Shown: positions 10,125 to 20,393, numbered from the stretch's first letter. The stretch is DNA of 64,000 nucleotides from Firmicutes bacterium HGW-Firmicutes-14 (GCA_002840275.1 PHAB01000011.1:25886-89885), one strand, 5' to 3'. Notes: generated from the sequence alone by a model not told the origin. Numbers and translations are program-made.

Positions 10125-10847
10125 GTGCCGATATTGGTAAATTTTATTAAATCCATTAAGAAGTTGTTTGGCGCAGCGGATTCCGGCAGTGAGGAAGATA
10201 AAGGAGGACGGGCGGCCCGGCCCGTCTGGAAAAAGCTTAACAACCTGATAATTATTGCCGCTGCAGGTATCTTTCTGATTATCCTGGCTAATGTCTTTTC
10301 ATCAGATGGGAACCCGCCGGACGGACTCGGGGGAGGTGGTACTCCGGAAATCAAATCTCCCGGAATTGTCTCCCCCGGACCTGAGGGTTCCGGGTCAGGA
10401 GAAGATAAGGGGACCGGCGTTGCCTATACCCCCGGAATTACGGAACTGGAAAACCTGTTGGCAGAAAGGCTGGAAAAGGCGCTTGTCCAGATCAGCGGCG
10501 CCGGTAAACTGGAAGTAACCGTTAACCTTGCCTCAACCCTGGAGAAAGATTGTGCCGTCAATACTGTAACCAACAAAAAGACGACTGAGGAGCACGACCA
10601 GAAAGGGGGCAACCGGACAATTACAGAACTTAATGAAAACGGGCAGATGGTGCTGATCCGTGAAAGCCAGGGCAGTACGGAACAGCCGGTTGTTGTCAGG
10701 GAAGTAAAGCCTGAAGTAAAGGGTGTTATAGTGGTGGCAGAAGGAGCCCATGACCCTGCGGTTAAAGCAGATCTGATGAATGCTGTGCAGGTCTACCTTG
10801 ATGTCCCGCTTTATAAGGTTATAGTACTGCCGAGAGAAAGCAGGTGA
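10125..10847 (+). CDS. spoIIIAG: Stage III sporulation protein AG
   Basis: 240 aa. TM anchor, Gly/Pro linker, and C-terminal ring-forming domain ending ...VKGVIVVAEGA.DP.VK..L..AV...LDVP.YKV.V.P. Confidence 0.85.
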   Translation: MPILVNFIKSIKKLFGAADSGSEEDKGGRAARPVWKKLNNLIIIAAAGIFLIILANVFSSDGNPPDGLGGGGTPEIKSPGIVSPGPEGSGSGEDKGTGVAYTPGITELENLLAERLEKALVQISGAGKLEVTVNLASTLEKDCAVNTVTNKKTTEEHDQKGGNRTITELNENGQMVLIRESQGSTEQPVVVREVKPEVKGVIVVAEGAHDPAVKADLMNAVQVYLDVPLYKVIVLPRESR

Positions 10848-11482
10848 AAGGGATGAGGTCTTTGTTCATTAACAGAAGAAACCTGTGGGTCGCTATACTG
10901 TTCTTAGGTATCATTATGATGGGAGTGGGGGTATACCAATTGTCGGCGGAGATTGGGGAAGCCCCTGAAGGGACCGGAGGGGCCTTAGAAGGCACCGGAG
11001 CAGTTTCAGATGGCACCGGAGCAGTTTCAGATGGCACCGGAGCAGTCTCAGAAGGAACAGGGGGGAACCCCCTGATTACCGGTGGGGCTGTTGAGGTAAA
11101 GGATACGGGAAACAATCGGGCGAAGACTGAGAAGAGCGAGTTTTTCGTGGAATACAGACTGGAAAGAGACAGGACGCGGAGCCAGCAGATTGACCTGCTC
11201 AGGGAAATTGTCGATAACCAGCATTCACCGGAAGAAACCAGGAAGGAAGCCCAAAGGCGGATGTTGGCGATTTCACAAGCCATAGAAACAGAGATGAAAC
11301 TGGAGAACCTGATCAGGGCGGAAGATTTCAAAGATGCCGTGGTATTTATCCAGGAAAAATCAGTTACGATAATTGTCCAGACTCCGGCTTTGACCGCCCT
11401 GGATAAGAAAAGCCTGGCGGAAACTGCGGTCAGGGTGACCGGATTAAACGTGGAAAACATAATCATTATTCCAAAGATGTAG
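10844..11482 (+). CDS. spoIIIAH: Stage III sporulation protein AH
   Basis: 212 aa with TM anchor and C-terminal YscJ/FliF-like domain (FFVEYRLERDR.RS...). Last gene of the operon. Confidence 0.8.
   Translation: MKGMRSLFINRRNLWVAILFLGIIMMGVGVYQLSAEIGEAPEGTGGALEGTGAVSDGTGAVSDGTGAVSEGTGGNPLITGGAVEVKDTGNNRAKTEKSEFFVEYRLERDRTRSQQIDLLREIVDNQHSPEETRKEAQRRMLAISQAIETEMKLENLIRAEDFKDAVVFIQEKSVTIIVQTPALTALDKKSLAETAVRVTGLNVENIIIIPKM
10970..11053 (+). repeat. Four tandem 21-bp coding repeats inside spoIIIAH
   Basis: Units at 10970-10990, 10991-11011, 11012-11032 and 11033-11053 (GGCACCGGAGCAGTTTCAGAT and variants) encode GTGGALE/GTGAVSD/GTGAVSD/GTGAVSE. Confidence 0.85.
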
Positions 11483-11614
11483 AATCTGTAAACCGGGTTT
11501 TGTGTCCCATTGTATATATCTATAATATTGTATACTTGGCTGAAAGATATTGAAATAGAGCATATCAGAGAATATAATATTAAAAGCAGGGTCTTCGCCC
11601 TGAAATGTTACACT

Positions 11615-11652
11615 CTCAGGTTGTCTGCGCCACAGCCTGAGATTTTGTGTTG
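11615..11652 (+). terminator. Possible terminator of the spoIIIA operon
   Basis: CTCAGGTTGT...ACAGCCTGAG hairpin (11615-11641) followed by the T-rich ATTTTGTGTTG. Confidence 0.45.
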
Positions 11653-11704
11653 TAAATCACCGGACTGCATTTGTGATATAACGGACAAACACGGAGGGAT
11701 AAAT

Positions 11705-13651
11705 ATGGTTAAGGCACACAAAGTCGAAATTACTGATACTACCCTGAGGGACGCCCATCAGAGCCTGTGGGCAACCCGTATGCGTACTGATGATATGCTC
11801 CCCATTGCAGAAAAACTTGACCAGGTGGGATATCATTCCCTGGAAGTATGGGGAGGCGCCACCTTTGATGTATGCCTCAGATACCTGAATGAAGACCCGT
11901 GGGAGAGGCTGCGGCAGTTAAAGAAACTGATAAAAAAGACTCCCCTGCAGATGCTTCTGCGGGGACAGTCCCTTGTCGGGTACCAGCATTACCCGGATGA
12001 TGTGGTGGAATCTTTTGTCCATAAGGCGGTTGAGAACGGAATAGATATCATCAGGATATTTGATGCCCTGAATGATATCAGGAACTTCGAAGTTCCGGTA
12101 AAGGTTGCCAAAAAGGCAGGGGCTCATGTCCAGGCAGCCGTGGTCTATACGGTAAGTCCCGTACATACGATGGAACATTACCTTGACACTGCACGCCAGC
12201 TGGCTGACATGGGGGCTGACTCCATATGCATCAAGGATATGGCCGGTCTCCTATCACCTTATATGGCCTATGACTTGGTTAAGCTGTTTAAAAAGAACCT
12301 GAAAATTCCCATTCAGCTGCACAGCCACTACATCGGTGGATTGGCACTGGGGGCTTACCTAAAGGCGGCCGATGCCGGGGTGGACGTAATTGATACAGCT
12401 TCGGTACCCCTTGCCTTCGGCGCTTCCCAACCGCCGGTGGAGACTGTGGTCAGGGCGCTTCAGGAATCCCCTCATGATACAAGGCTGGATATTCATACAC
12501 TGTTTGTTGTGTCAAAATACTTTGAAGAACTTAGGAAGAAACACGGTTTTGAACGGGGTGTGACAAGGATTACCGATATGAGGGTCTTTGAGCACCAGGT
12601 CCCCGGTGGAATGATCTCCAACCTGGTTTCCCAGCTGGAAGAACAGAAGGCCCTCCACCGCATCCATGAAGTCCTTGCAGAGATACCCCAGGTGAGAGAG
12701 GACCTGGGCTTTCCGCCCCTGGTCACACCGACCAGCCAGATTGTTGGCATCCAGGCCGTATTAAATGTCCTCACAGGGAAACGCTACAAGCTGGTCCCCG
12801 GAGAGGTGCGAGCATATATTCAGGGTCAGTATGGCAAACCGCCTGCCCCCATCAAGGAGGAGATTATCCAGCAGATTCTGGGGGACTGTGATGTTAATCT
12901 GATAAAATGCCGGCCAGCTGATTTGCTCGAACCGAAAATGGATACAATAAGGAGAGAAATCCAGGATTTGGCTGCTTCCGAGGAAGACATTTTATCTTAT
13001 GCCCTTTTCCCGTCAGTGGCCAGGAAGTTTTTTGAATGGCGGCTTAATAACGGTCTTGACACCGAAGATGCAAATACTATTCCTGATGTAATAGTGAAGC
13101 AGGAAGAAGTGGCGCTCCCGGAAAACGGTGTAAACCAGGATAAACCGAATGTCAAAGACCTGAAAAAAGACATCCTTAAGGGAGGAAAGAGCATGAATCT
13201 AACAGAGATAAAAGAACTTATCAAGATGCTGGACGAAACAGATATCTGCGAACTTCATCTGGAAAGCGCCGGTGTAAAGGTGTCTATCAAAAAGGCAGGA
13301 GCAGGTCCGTCAGCCGGGTTCCCGCCGGCAGGTTCCCCATCAGCCGGTGAAGAGGTTTCCGTGCCTGTTGAAGAAAGCAGGGAGAAACCAACCAGGGATA
13401 TTGATGAAAACCTTATTCAGATAGTTGCCCCCATGGTAGGGACATTTTACCGTGCCCCATCCCCGGAAGCCGCACCCTTTGTGGAAGTGGGGCAGATGGT
13501 TACTGAAGGGCAGACCCTCTGTATCATTGAGGCTATGAAGCTGATGAACGAAATCGAGGCTGAGATTTCCGGACGTATAGTGGATATCCTCGCAGAGAAC
13601 GGCCAGCCGGTTGAATACGGCCAGACGCTTTTCCTCCTCGAAAAAGCATGA
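11705..13651 (+). CDS. 5S-type carboxyltransferase (pyruvate carboxylase subunit B / oxaloacetate decarboxylase alpha-like) fused in frame to a complete biotin carboxyl carrier protein
   Basis: The N-terminus [22 protein letters not shown]... is the HMGL-like 5S carboxyltransferase domain. From ATG 13193 (preceded by AAGGGAGGA) the sequence is a full AccB ([15 protein letters not shown]...[15 protein letters not shown]). No stop codon lies between the two parts. The ORF-track start at 11510 adds an implausible AT-rich leader. Confidence 0.85.
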   Translation: MVKAHKVEITDTTLRDAHQSLWATRMRTDDMLPIAEKLDQVGYHSLEVWGGATFDVCLRYLNEDPWERLRQLKKLIKKTPLQMLLRGQSLVGYQHYPDDVVESFVHKAVENGIDIIRIFDALNDIRNFEVPVKVAKKAGAHVQAAVVYTVSPVHTMEHYLDTARQLADMGADSICIKDMAGLLSPYMAYDLVKLFKKNLKIPIQLHSHYIGGLALGAYLKAADAGVDVIDTASVPLAFGASQPPVETVVRALQESPHDTRLDIHTLFVVSKYFEELRKKHGFERGVTRITDMRVFEHQVPGGMISNLVSQLEEQKALHRIHEVLAEIPQVREDLGFPPLVTPTSQIVGIQAVLNVLTGKRYKLVPGEVRAYIQGQYGKPPAPIKEEIIQQILGDCDVNLIKCRPADLLEPKMDTIRREIQDLAASEEDILSYALFPSVARKFFEWRLNNGLDTEDANTIPDVIVKQEEVALPENGVNQDKPNVKDLKKDILKGGKSMNLTEIKELIKMLDETDICELHLESAGVKVSIKKAGAGPSAGFPPAGSPSAGEEVSVPVEESREKPTRDIDENLIQIVAPMVGTFYRAPSPEAAPFVEVGQMVTEGQTLCIIEAMKLMNEIEAEISGRIVDILAENGQPVEYGQTLFLLEKA

Positions 13652-13735
13652 GCCGGCAGCCTGCAGCATAATTCGCAGCGGAAATCTGAAAGATTCAGCC
13701 GGAGAAGAAGATGTAGCTGATAGCGGAGGTGCACA

Positions 13736-15082
13736 ATGTTTAAAAAAATATTAATAGCAAACAGGGGAGAAATAGCTCTGCGCATTATCCGGGCCTGTAA
13801 AGAGATGGATATTGCAACAGTGGCTGTTTATTCCGAGGCTGACCGTGACTCATTGCATGTAAAGTTTGCCGATGAAGCTTTTTGTATCGGGCCGGCCCAG
13901 TCCGGCAGCAGTTACCTGAACAAGGCAAACATTATCAGTGCTGCCGAGGTATCGGGAGCAGACGCCATTCACCCGGGATACGGGTTTTTGGCTGAGAACG
14001 CCAATTTTGCCGAGATATGTGAGAGCTGTGGCATTAAATTTATCGGCCCCACCCCGGAAGCGATGGAAAAGATGGGGGCCAAGGCCGTTGCCAGGGAAAC
14101 TATGATCAAAGCCAAGGTTCCGGTGGTCCCAGGTACCGAAGGCATTATAAAGAATACCGATGAAGCGCTCAAAATAGCCAGGGAGATTGGATATCCCGTA
14201 ATGGTAAAGGCATCGGCCGGCGGAGGCGGCAAGGGAATGAGGGTTGCCCAGTCAAAGCATGATGTGGTGAAAGCCGTACAGACAGCTCAGGCTGAGGCTG
14301 AGGCTGCCTTTGGAAACGGTGAGGTATATATCGAAAAATATGTGGAGGAACCGCGCCATATAGAGTTCCAGATCCTTGCCGATAATTACGGTAATGTTGT
14401 CCACCTGGGGGAACGCGATTGTTCCATCCAGCGCAGGAATCAGAAGCTTTTGGAAGAAGCTCCTTCTTCCGCTTTGACCCCGGAACTGCGGGAAGAAATG
14501 GGTGAGACCGCTGTCAGGGCTGCAAAGGCAGTAGATTATACCGGTGCAGGCACAGTGGAATTCCTTCTTGATAAACATAATAATTTCTATTTCATGGAGA
14601 TGAATACCCGGATCCAGGTCGAACACCCTGTGACGGAATATGTTACCGGGATAGACCTGGTTAAGGAACAGATAAGGCTGGCAGCCAATGAAAAACTGGG
14701 TTATTCCCAGGAAGATGTAAAAATCAACGGCTGGGCGATGGAATGCCGTATCAATGCCGAAGACCCCCACCGCCATTTTATGCCCTCACCCGGGAGAATT
14801 ACCGGATACCTTGTTCCCGGGGGAATCGGTGTGAGGGTTGACAGTGCAGCATACCATGGATACCATATTCCGCCTTATTATGATTCCATGATAGCCAAGC
14901 TGATTGTCTGGGGCAAAGACAGGAATGAAGCGATCTCCAGGATGCGGAGGGCCCTCGAAGAATTTACAATTGAAGGGGTTAAAACCACAATTCCCTTTCA
15001 CCTGCGTATTCTGGAAAACGCCTTCTTCCAGAGGGGTGAGTATTACACCAATTTTGTCCAGAGAAGGCTCGAAGACCAGTAA
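13736..15082 (+). CDS. accC: Biotin carboxylase (acetyl-CoA carboxylase AccC and/or pyruvate carboxylase subunit A)
   Basis: [26 protein letters not shown]...GGGGKGMRV...[14 protein letters not shown]. Confidence 0.95.
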   Translation: MFKKILIANRGEIALRIIRACKEMDIATVAVYSEADRDSLHVKFADEAFCIGPAQSGSSYLNKANIISAAEVSGADAIHPGYGFLAENANFAEICESCGIKFIGPTPEAMEKMGAKAVARETMIKAKVPVVPGTEGIIKNTDEALKIAREIGYPVMVKASAGGGGKGMRVAQSKHDVVKAVQTAQAEAEAAFGNGEVYIEKYVEEPRHIEFQILADNYGNVVHLGERDCSIQRRNQKLLEEAPSSALTPELREEMGETAVRAAKAVDYTGAGTVEFLLDKHNNFYFMEMNTRIQVEHPVTEYVTGIDLVKEQIRLAANEKLGYSQEDVKINGWAMECRINAEDPHRHFMPSPGRITGYLVPGGIGVRVDSAAYHGYHIPPYYDSMIAKLIVWGKDRNEAISRMRRALEEFTIEGVKTTIPFHLRILENAFFQRGEYYTNFVQRRLEDQ

Positions 15083-15149
15083 TTTGCATTTGCACAGGTT
15101 TCTGGTATAATATTCATATAGCTGTTACCGGAGAAAAGGAGGTAACCCG

Positions 15150-15551
15150 ATGGAAAGCAAAGATATCATTGAACGACATGATACCGAACTTGGAAGTATC
15201 CGGATTGCTGATGAAGTTGTGGCTATTATTGCAGGACTGGCGGCTACCGAAATAAATGGAGTTGCCGGGATGAGCGGCGGACTGGCCGGCGGTATTGCTG
15301 AAATGCTTGGCCGGAAAAACCTGTCCAAGGGTGTCAAGGTGGAAGTGGGAGAAAAAGAAGCAGCAGTTGATATGTTTATTATCGTTGAATACGGGGTAAA
15401 GATTCCAGATGTTGCCATCAATATCCAGGAAAATGTCAAGAAAGCCATTGAAAGCATGACCGGACTCAATGTAGTGGAAGTAAATGTCCATGTCCAGGGT
15501 GTGGTCTTCCCTCAGCCGGAGTCCAAGGACGAAGAACATAGGGTCAAATAA
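15150..15551 (+). CDS. asp23: Asp23/Gls24 family alkaline-shock protein
   Basis: ...LGSIRIADEVVAIIAGLAATEINGVAGM... is a typical Asp23 fold signature. Confidence 0.9.
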   Translation: MESKDIIERHDTELGSIRIADEVVAIIAGLAATEINGVAGMSGGLAGGIAEMLGRKNLSKGVKVEVGEKEAAVDMFIIVEYGVKIPDVAINIQENVKKAIESMTGLNVVEVNVHVQGVVFPQPESKDEEHRVK

Positions 15552-15557
15552 AATCAA

Positions 15558-15583
15558 CCCCCTGAATCTTTTTCAGGGGGTTT
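15558..15583 (+). terminator. Hairpin / weak terminator after asp23
   Basis: CCCCCTGAA (15558-15566) pairs with TTCAGGGGG (15572-15580), followed by TTT only. Confidence 0.45.
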
Positions 15584-15604
15584 AAGCAGTTTAGACGAAG
15601 GGAG

Positions 15605-16165
15605 ATGACCCGGTTGAAAATATTTGACAAGGTCCTTCTTGCCTTTTACAGCCTGGGGGTAATGGCTGCGCTGTTCCTGATCGGCCTGGTGGCTGCCGGG
15701 TGGACAGCCCCTGCCCAGATATTCAGGATATACATGGCACATCTTAACGGGCGCACTGTTGTGGGAGTGATTGTTTTAATATACCTGGCCACGAGTGTCA
15801 GGTTCTTCCTGATGTCCCTGTCTGTTGAAAGGCGTCCTGCTCAGGCTTTAGTACACGAGACGGGGATGGGCCAGGTAAGGGTTTCTGTGGAAGCCATTGA
15901 AAACATGGTCCGCAGGGCTGCGGGCCAGATAAAAGGTGTGAGGGATATCAGACCCAGGGTAGTATGCCTGCCTGAAGGTATAAATATCTTTATCAGGGTG
16001 GTACTGGCCCCTGAAACAAATATTCCGGAGGCCACGGACCAGCTTCAGAGGTCGGTTGCCGATTATGTATCCGAAATAGCCGGAGTCAATGTACAAACAG
16101 TAAAGATACTGGTGGACAGCATATCCTCTGAAACCGCTCCCGGAGCAACCCGCAAGTTGAATTAG
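15605..16165 (+). CDS. amaP: Alkaline shock response membrane anchor protein AmaP
   Basis: 186 aa, two N-terminal TM segments, standard position after asp23. Confidence 0.75.
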   Translation: MTRLKIFDKVLLAFYSLGVMAALFLIGLVAAGWTAPAQIFRIYMAHLNGRTVVGVIVLIYLATSVRFFLMSLSVERRPAQALVHETGMGQVRVSVEAIENMVRRAAGQIKGVRDIRPRVVCLPEGINIFIRVVLAPETNIPEATDQLQRSVADYVSEIAGVNVQTVKILVDSISSETAPGATRKLN

Positions 16166-16172
16166 GAAAGGG

Positions 16173-16397
16173 GTGGTCATCTTGGCCGGAAAGACCTGGC
16201 AGGAGTTTTTTGCCAATAACCTGGGCAAGATTATCGGTGTTACCATCGGCCTGCTTTTGGGCTGGATGATTATCGAGTACGGTTTGCTGAAGACCCTTTT
16301 CGTTATTATCCTGATTATTCTGGGTTACCTGTTTGGTAAACAGGCGGATGATGGGGAAAGCCTGAGTGCGCTTGTCAACAGGATATTTCGGCGGTAG
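16173..16397 (+). CDS. Small integral membrane protein (DUF2273-like)
   Basis: 74-aa two-TM protein, third member of the asp23-amaP cluster. Confidence 0.7.
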   Translation: MVILAGKTWQEFFANNLGKIIGVTIGLLLGWMIIEYGLLKTLFVIILIILGYLFGKQADDGESLSALVNRIFRR

Positions 16398-16439
16398 CAA
16401 GGGGAAACTACTCTATAGATGTGTTATCAGGAGGTTTTC

Positions 16440-16862
16440 ATGAGCAGAAGGGCGGCCCGGGAAGCGGCTTTACAGGCGTTATACCAGATGGAAATCGGAA
16501 AAGTAAAAGAAGAAACTGCCATTGCCTTTGTTGTCGAGGAAAACATCCTGAACGAAAAACAGGAAAAGTTTGTCAGGGGCATTGTGTCAGGTGTCTTACA
16601 GAATATGGACCGTCTGAACGGCATAATCAGGGAAACTGCCATTGAATGGAACCTGGAGCGGATGGCCGTGGTGGACCGTAATATTATCAGGATTGCCCTG
16701 TTTGAGATATGCTATTCTGATGATGTCCCCCCCAATGTTGCCGTTAATGAGGCAATAGAAATGGGGAAGACCTTTAGTACTGCAGAATCAGGTAAATTTA
16801 TTAACGGTATTTTGGGTAAAGTGCTGTCAAGCCTCCAGGATTACCGTGTTGGGGTGAAATAA
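16440..16862 (+). CDS. nusB: Transcription antitermination factor NusB
   Basis: MSRRAAREAALQALYQMEI...VDRNIIRIALFE...NEAIEMGK.F.....KFINGILG. ATG 16440 follows CAGGAGG. Confidence 0.95.
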   Translation: MSRRAAREAALQALYQMEIGKVKEETAIAFVVEENILNEKQEKFVRGIVSGVLQNMDRLNGIIRETAIEWNLERMAVVDRNIIRIALFEICYSDDVPPNVAVNEAIEMGKTFSTAESGKFINGILGKVLSSLQDYRVGVK

Positions 16863-17818
16863 TGGGATTGTACCTTGGAATAGATACAAGTTGTTATACT
16901 ACTTCCCTTGCTGTTATGGATGGTGGGGGAAGTTTGTTATGTGAGGAGAGAAAGGTTCTGTCTGTTCCGCAGGGAGGCCGGGGCCTGGCCCAGAACGAAG
17001 CGGTTTTCCAGCATATTAATAACCTTCCGGTACTCATTGAACGGGTGTTAACTGCGGCTCCATCCGGCGTGCTGCTGGGAGTTACAGCCAGCACCCGGCC
17101 CAGACCTGCTGCAGGGTCATATATGCCTGTATTTAAGGTGGCGGAAAGTTACGGCAGGTCAATTGCTTCAATGCTTAAAATCCCTTTTGTGGAAACATCT
17201 CACCAGGAAGGTCATCTGGCTGCCGGGATCTGGTCTGCCGGAGGTCCGGGAGGGCAGGAATTTCTGGCTGCCCACATATCGGGAGGTACAACAGAAATTC
17301 TGAGGGTGGCAAATGCAGGGGAAGGACAGTTTGATATCAGCATCCTGGGCGGTACTGCGGATTTACATGCCGGGCAGTTTGTTGACCGGGTGGGTGTGAG
17401 ACTCGGGCTGCCATTCCCGGCCGGCCCGCATCTGGAAGACCTGGCCGGGGAAAGCAGGGCTGAAATTTCAATTCCGTCATCGGCCAGGGATTATACTGTC
17501 AGTTTTTCCGGGCCGGAGGCAGCTGCCATGCGGCTGGCTGAACAGGGCGCCAAGCCTGCTGATATTGCCAGGGCGGTTGAGAAGTGTGTTGCCAACACCC
17601 TTGAAAAAGTGATCAGAAAAGCCGTTTTGGAAACAGGCCTGAAGGATGTCTTAATTGTCGGGGGTGTTTCAGCAAACCGGTATATCAGGGAACGGCTGCC
17701 GGCCAGACTGGGACACAGTGCAATAGGGGCAAAACTGTTTTTTGCCTCCGGTGCGTTAAGCAGTGACAATGCCGTAGGGGTGGCCCTGGTAGGGATGAAA
17801 AAATTAAGTAGGTATTGA
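16862..17818 (+). CDS. TsaD/Kae1 (M22 glycoprotease) family paralogue
   Basis: GIDTSCYTTSLAV ASKHA-fold N-terminus and HQEGH metal motif. 318 aa. Confidence 0.65.
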   Translation: MGLYLGIDTSCYTTSLAVMDGGGSLLCEERKVLSVPQGGRGLAQNEAVFQHINNLPVLIERVLTAAPSGVLLGVTASTRPRPAAGSYMPVFKVAESYGRSIASMLKIPFVETSHQEGHLAAGIWSAGGPGGQEFLAAHISGGTTEILRVANAGEGQFDISILGGTADLHAGQFVDRVGVRLGLPFPAGPHLEDLAGESRAEISIPSSARDYTVSFSGPEAAAMRLAEQGAKPADIARAVEKCVANTLEKVIRKAVLETGLKDVLIVGGVSANRYIRERLPARLGHSAIGAKLFFASGALSSDNAVGVALVGMKKLSRY

Positions 17819-17890
17819 GTATTGACATAAAAAGGGGAAAAGGGATAAAATTGCTAATAACGAGGGAGTTGATTTCCGGAGGGATAAAAA

Positions 17891-20233
17891 TTGGATAATG
17901 AAAAATTGCTGTCAGAATATGTGGATTATTGGAATTATAGTTATCCTATAGCTAAAAGGAAAGAAATTTTAACTGGTTTTAAGGATAAGGCTAGGTTGGA
18001 AGGAAGGAAGTTATACGAAAAAATTTTTGAAGGATTGTTGTTACTGGAAAAGGGTGAATATGAAGATGCTGCAAAAGAGTTCAACTCTATCATTGAAGAA
18101 GATGACACATGTTTTTTGGCTTGGCGGGGGTTAGCCAAGGCTAATTATTTGCTTAAAGATTGCAACCAAGCGGTAGCTCCCCTTAAAAAAGCACTAGAGA
18201 TTCAACCTGACTTTTTTCCAACACTGTGTCTAAGTGCCTGTCTCAAGGTTGAAATGGAAGACATCAGCGGAGCTTATAACGAAGCAAAAAAGGCATTAGA
18301 ATTGGATATAGAAAAAAAATCTGTTCCTTGTCGGATAATCTTAGGACGTATACTAAGTATTCAAGGTAAATATAACAAGGCAGAACATTATTATAAAGAA
18401 GCTCTTTTAATTAACAGTCAAAGCGCGCAAGCGTTCAATGCACTGGGAAATCTATATTTACACTTAAAAAAGTATAATCAAGCAAAGGATAATTATTTTA
18501 AGGCAATAAATTGCGACAAAGACTTTGCGAATCCTTGGAACGGGCTGGGCTCTTTATATTGTCAGTTGCGTAATTACGAGAAAGCGGAGGATTTTTATAT
18601 TAAGGCATCGAACTTAGACCCTAACTATATTACTCCATGGCTCAATTTAGCTGAAATGTACACTGATTTAAACAGGATAGAGGATGCAATCTATTGCTTT
18701 CAAAAACTTAATTCTATTAAATTCAATCCAGATTATTTAACAAAGATTGGTTCCAGTTATCTGGGTCTTAGGCGATATAAAGAAGCTAAAGACTATCTTT
18801 TTAAAGCTTTAGAGAGTTTTCAAGAAACAGATAATTTCCGTGCATCTATCGCTGAATCAATAATTAAAGAAGCAGAATTTCTAGAGCTTATGGAGAAGGA
18901 AGAAAATCGCGATGAGGATGACAAACTAAGAAAAATTTTAATTGAAACAAGAGAAATAGAAGAAAAGTCTGAAAAGAATAAGGAGTCTTTTTTAAAGTTT
19001 ATTGGTCCTCAAGACATTAAAGATTTTTATCGTGAAAAGCCAGAAGAAAAAAATGCGGAAGCATATTTAGAGGTTTTAAGAAAATGGAACTCTTATACAC
19101 CTATCATTGCAGATGATTATCAAGTGAGTAAAGGCGGAGGATACTTCCTAAAAATTAATAACAGGGGAATCGTTATAGATCCAGGTTTTAATTATATCCA
19201 CAACTTTAAAGCTGCCGGATATAAGTTCTACGAAATAGATGACGTATTTATTTCTCATGCGCATAATGACCATACTGCGGACTTAGAATCAATTTTAACC
19301 TTGGTGTATAAATATAATGAAGAACTCAAGGGAATGGAAAATTATTCTAATTTTAATACAATTCGCGCAGAGTTGGCAAGAAAACATAACAAAAAGATTC
19401 ATTCTATTACAAGGCAGGAAATAGAACAAGAGTTTAAGATATCCCCAAGGCAAAAGAAAATAAACCTCTATATGACATCCAGCGTATTTAAAAAGTATGC
19501 AGGTCTTTTTGATCTCTGCTCTCATGCATATTACAATGTATATTTTTTAGAAAGAGACTCAGTTATTCCAATAGGGACTAAAAGCAGGGTAAAGGTTCTT
19601 AGGGCTAAACATTTTGACACTATTTCAGATGTAAAATCATGTGGATTTTTAATTGAATATTATGATAAAGCCATTATATACACAGGTGATACCGGTTGGG
19701 ATAGTGATGCTATAATTCAACAGTACAATAATATCAAAAATTATAAGTATAAGTTACTTATCGCTCACATAGGTGGATTTAAAGAATACGAGTGGAATTA
19801 CATCAGACGGCAAGGGGATAAAACATACTATACCAATCATCTTGGCAGACTGGGATTAGTTGAACTAAACCAGGCACTCCAACCCAATGTTTGTTTGATT
19901 TCGGAATTTGGAGAAGAATTTAAAGATTTTAGGAGGAAAATAGCTGGAGCTTTTAGTGAAGTATTTAAGAATGACAAAATCACGTATATACCGGCAGATA
20001 TTGGATTAAAATTCGATTTACGATTTGAGAAGATTAAAGCGATAACAGATATAGACCCTGATAAATACGCTTTTTCCGAAGACTATATTGAACCATCTGA
20101 AGTTAAAGTCGGTGAACTAAGAAAGTTTTTCTCTTTGTTTTACTTCTGTAAGAATGATAAGTTTTCTGAAAGCGATTTAGTTCAAGTATTATTAGACAGG
20201 GCCTCGGGTCAGAGATTTATAAAACAACCGTAG
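17891..20233 (+). CDS. TPR-repeat protein with C-terminal metallo-beta-lactamase-fold hydrolase domain
   Basis: 780 aa. There are multiple TPR-like units up to about residue 330, then a Glu/Lys-rich linker, then MBL motifs VIDPG, HAHNDH (19256-19273), KHFD, YTGDTG and AHIGG/TNHLG. The gene is AT-rich with A/T-ending codons, unlike its neighbours. Confidence 0.8.
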   Translation: MDNEKLLSEYVDYWNYSYPIAKRKEILTGFKDKARLEGRKLYEKIFEGLLLLEKGEYEDAAKEFNSIIEEDDTCFLAWRGLAKANYLLKDCNQAVAPLKKALEIQPDFFPTLCLSACLKVEMEDISGAYNEAKKALELDIEKKSVPCRIILGRILSIQGKYNKAEHYYKEALLINSQSAQAFNALGNLYLHLKKYNQAKDNYFKAINCDKDFANPWNGLGSLYCQLRNYEKAEDFYIKASNLDPNYITPWLNLAEMYTDLNRIEDAIYCFQKLNSIKFNPDYLTKIGSSYLGLRRYKEAKDYLFKALESFQETDNFRASIAESIIKEAEFLELMEKEENRDEDDKLRKILIETREIEEKSEKNKESFLKFIGPQDIKDFYREKPEEKNAEAYLEVLRKWNSYTPIIADDYQVSKGGGYFLKINNRGIVIDPGFNYIHNFKAAGYKFYEIDDVFISHAHNDHTADLESILTLVYKYNEELKGMENYSNFNTIRAELARKHNKKIHSITRQEIEQEFKISPRQKKINLYMTSSVFKKYAGLFDLCSHAYYNVYFLERDSVIPIGTKSRVKVLRAKHFDTISDVKSCGFLIEYYDKAIIYTGDTGWDSDAIIQQYNNIKNYKYKLLIAHIGGFKEYEWNYIRRQGDKTYYTNHLGRLGLVELNQALQPNVCLISEFGEEFKDFRRKIAGAFSEVFKNDKITYIPADIGLKFDLRFEKIKAITDIDPDKYAFSEDYIEPSEVKVGELRKFFSLFYFCKNDKFSESDLVQVLLDRASGQRFIKQP

Positions 20234-20393
20234 ATTGGAATATTAAAAGAATATTAACAATAAAATACAATATAGAAGAATCTTCCATGGTTACGGAAAA
20301 TTATGGTGCTAAACAGAAGGAAGTTACAGGTAAATGGCGAATGTAAAATTAGCCACGTTGTGAAATTAGCAATAATTGAATGGAGGTTTTAAA

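Noticed and set aside
11510-11704. 65-aa N-terminal extension of the carboxyltransferase ORF in the track
   Set aside because: It is an AT-rich, promoter-like sequence with an implausible peptide ([18 protein letters not shown]...). The conserved domain begins right after ATG 11705, which has a GGAGGG RBS.
17829-17851. Possible att-like direct repeats flanking the AT-rich islet (AAAAGGGGAAAAGGGATAAAATT at 17829-17851 versus TAAGGGCAAGGGATTAAAATC at 21423-21443)
   Set aside because: The match is imperfect in purine-rich, RBS-like low-complexity sequence. It is not convincing without comparison to an empty site in a related genome.
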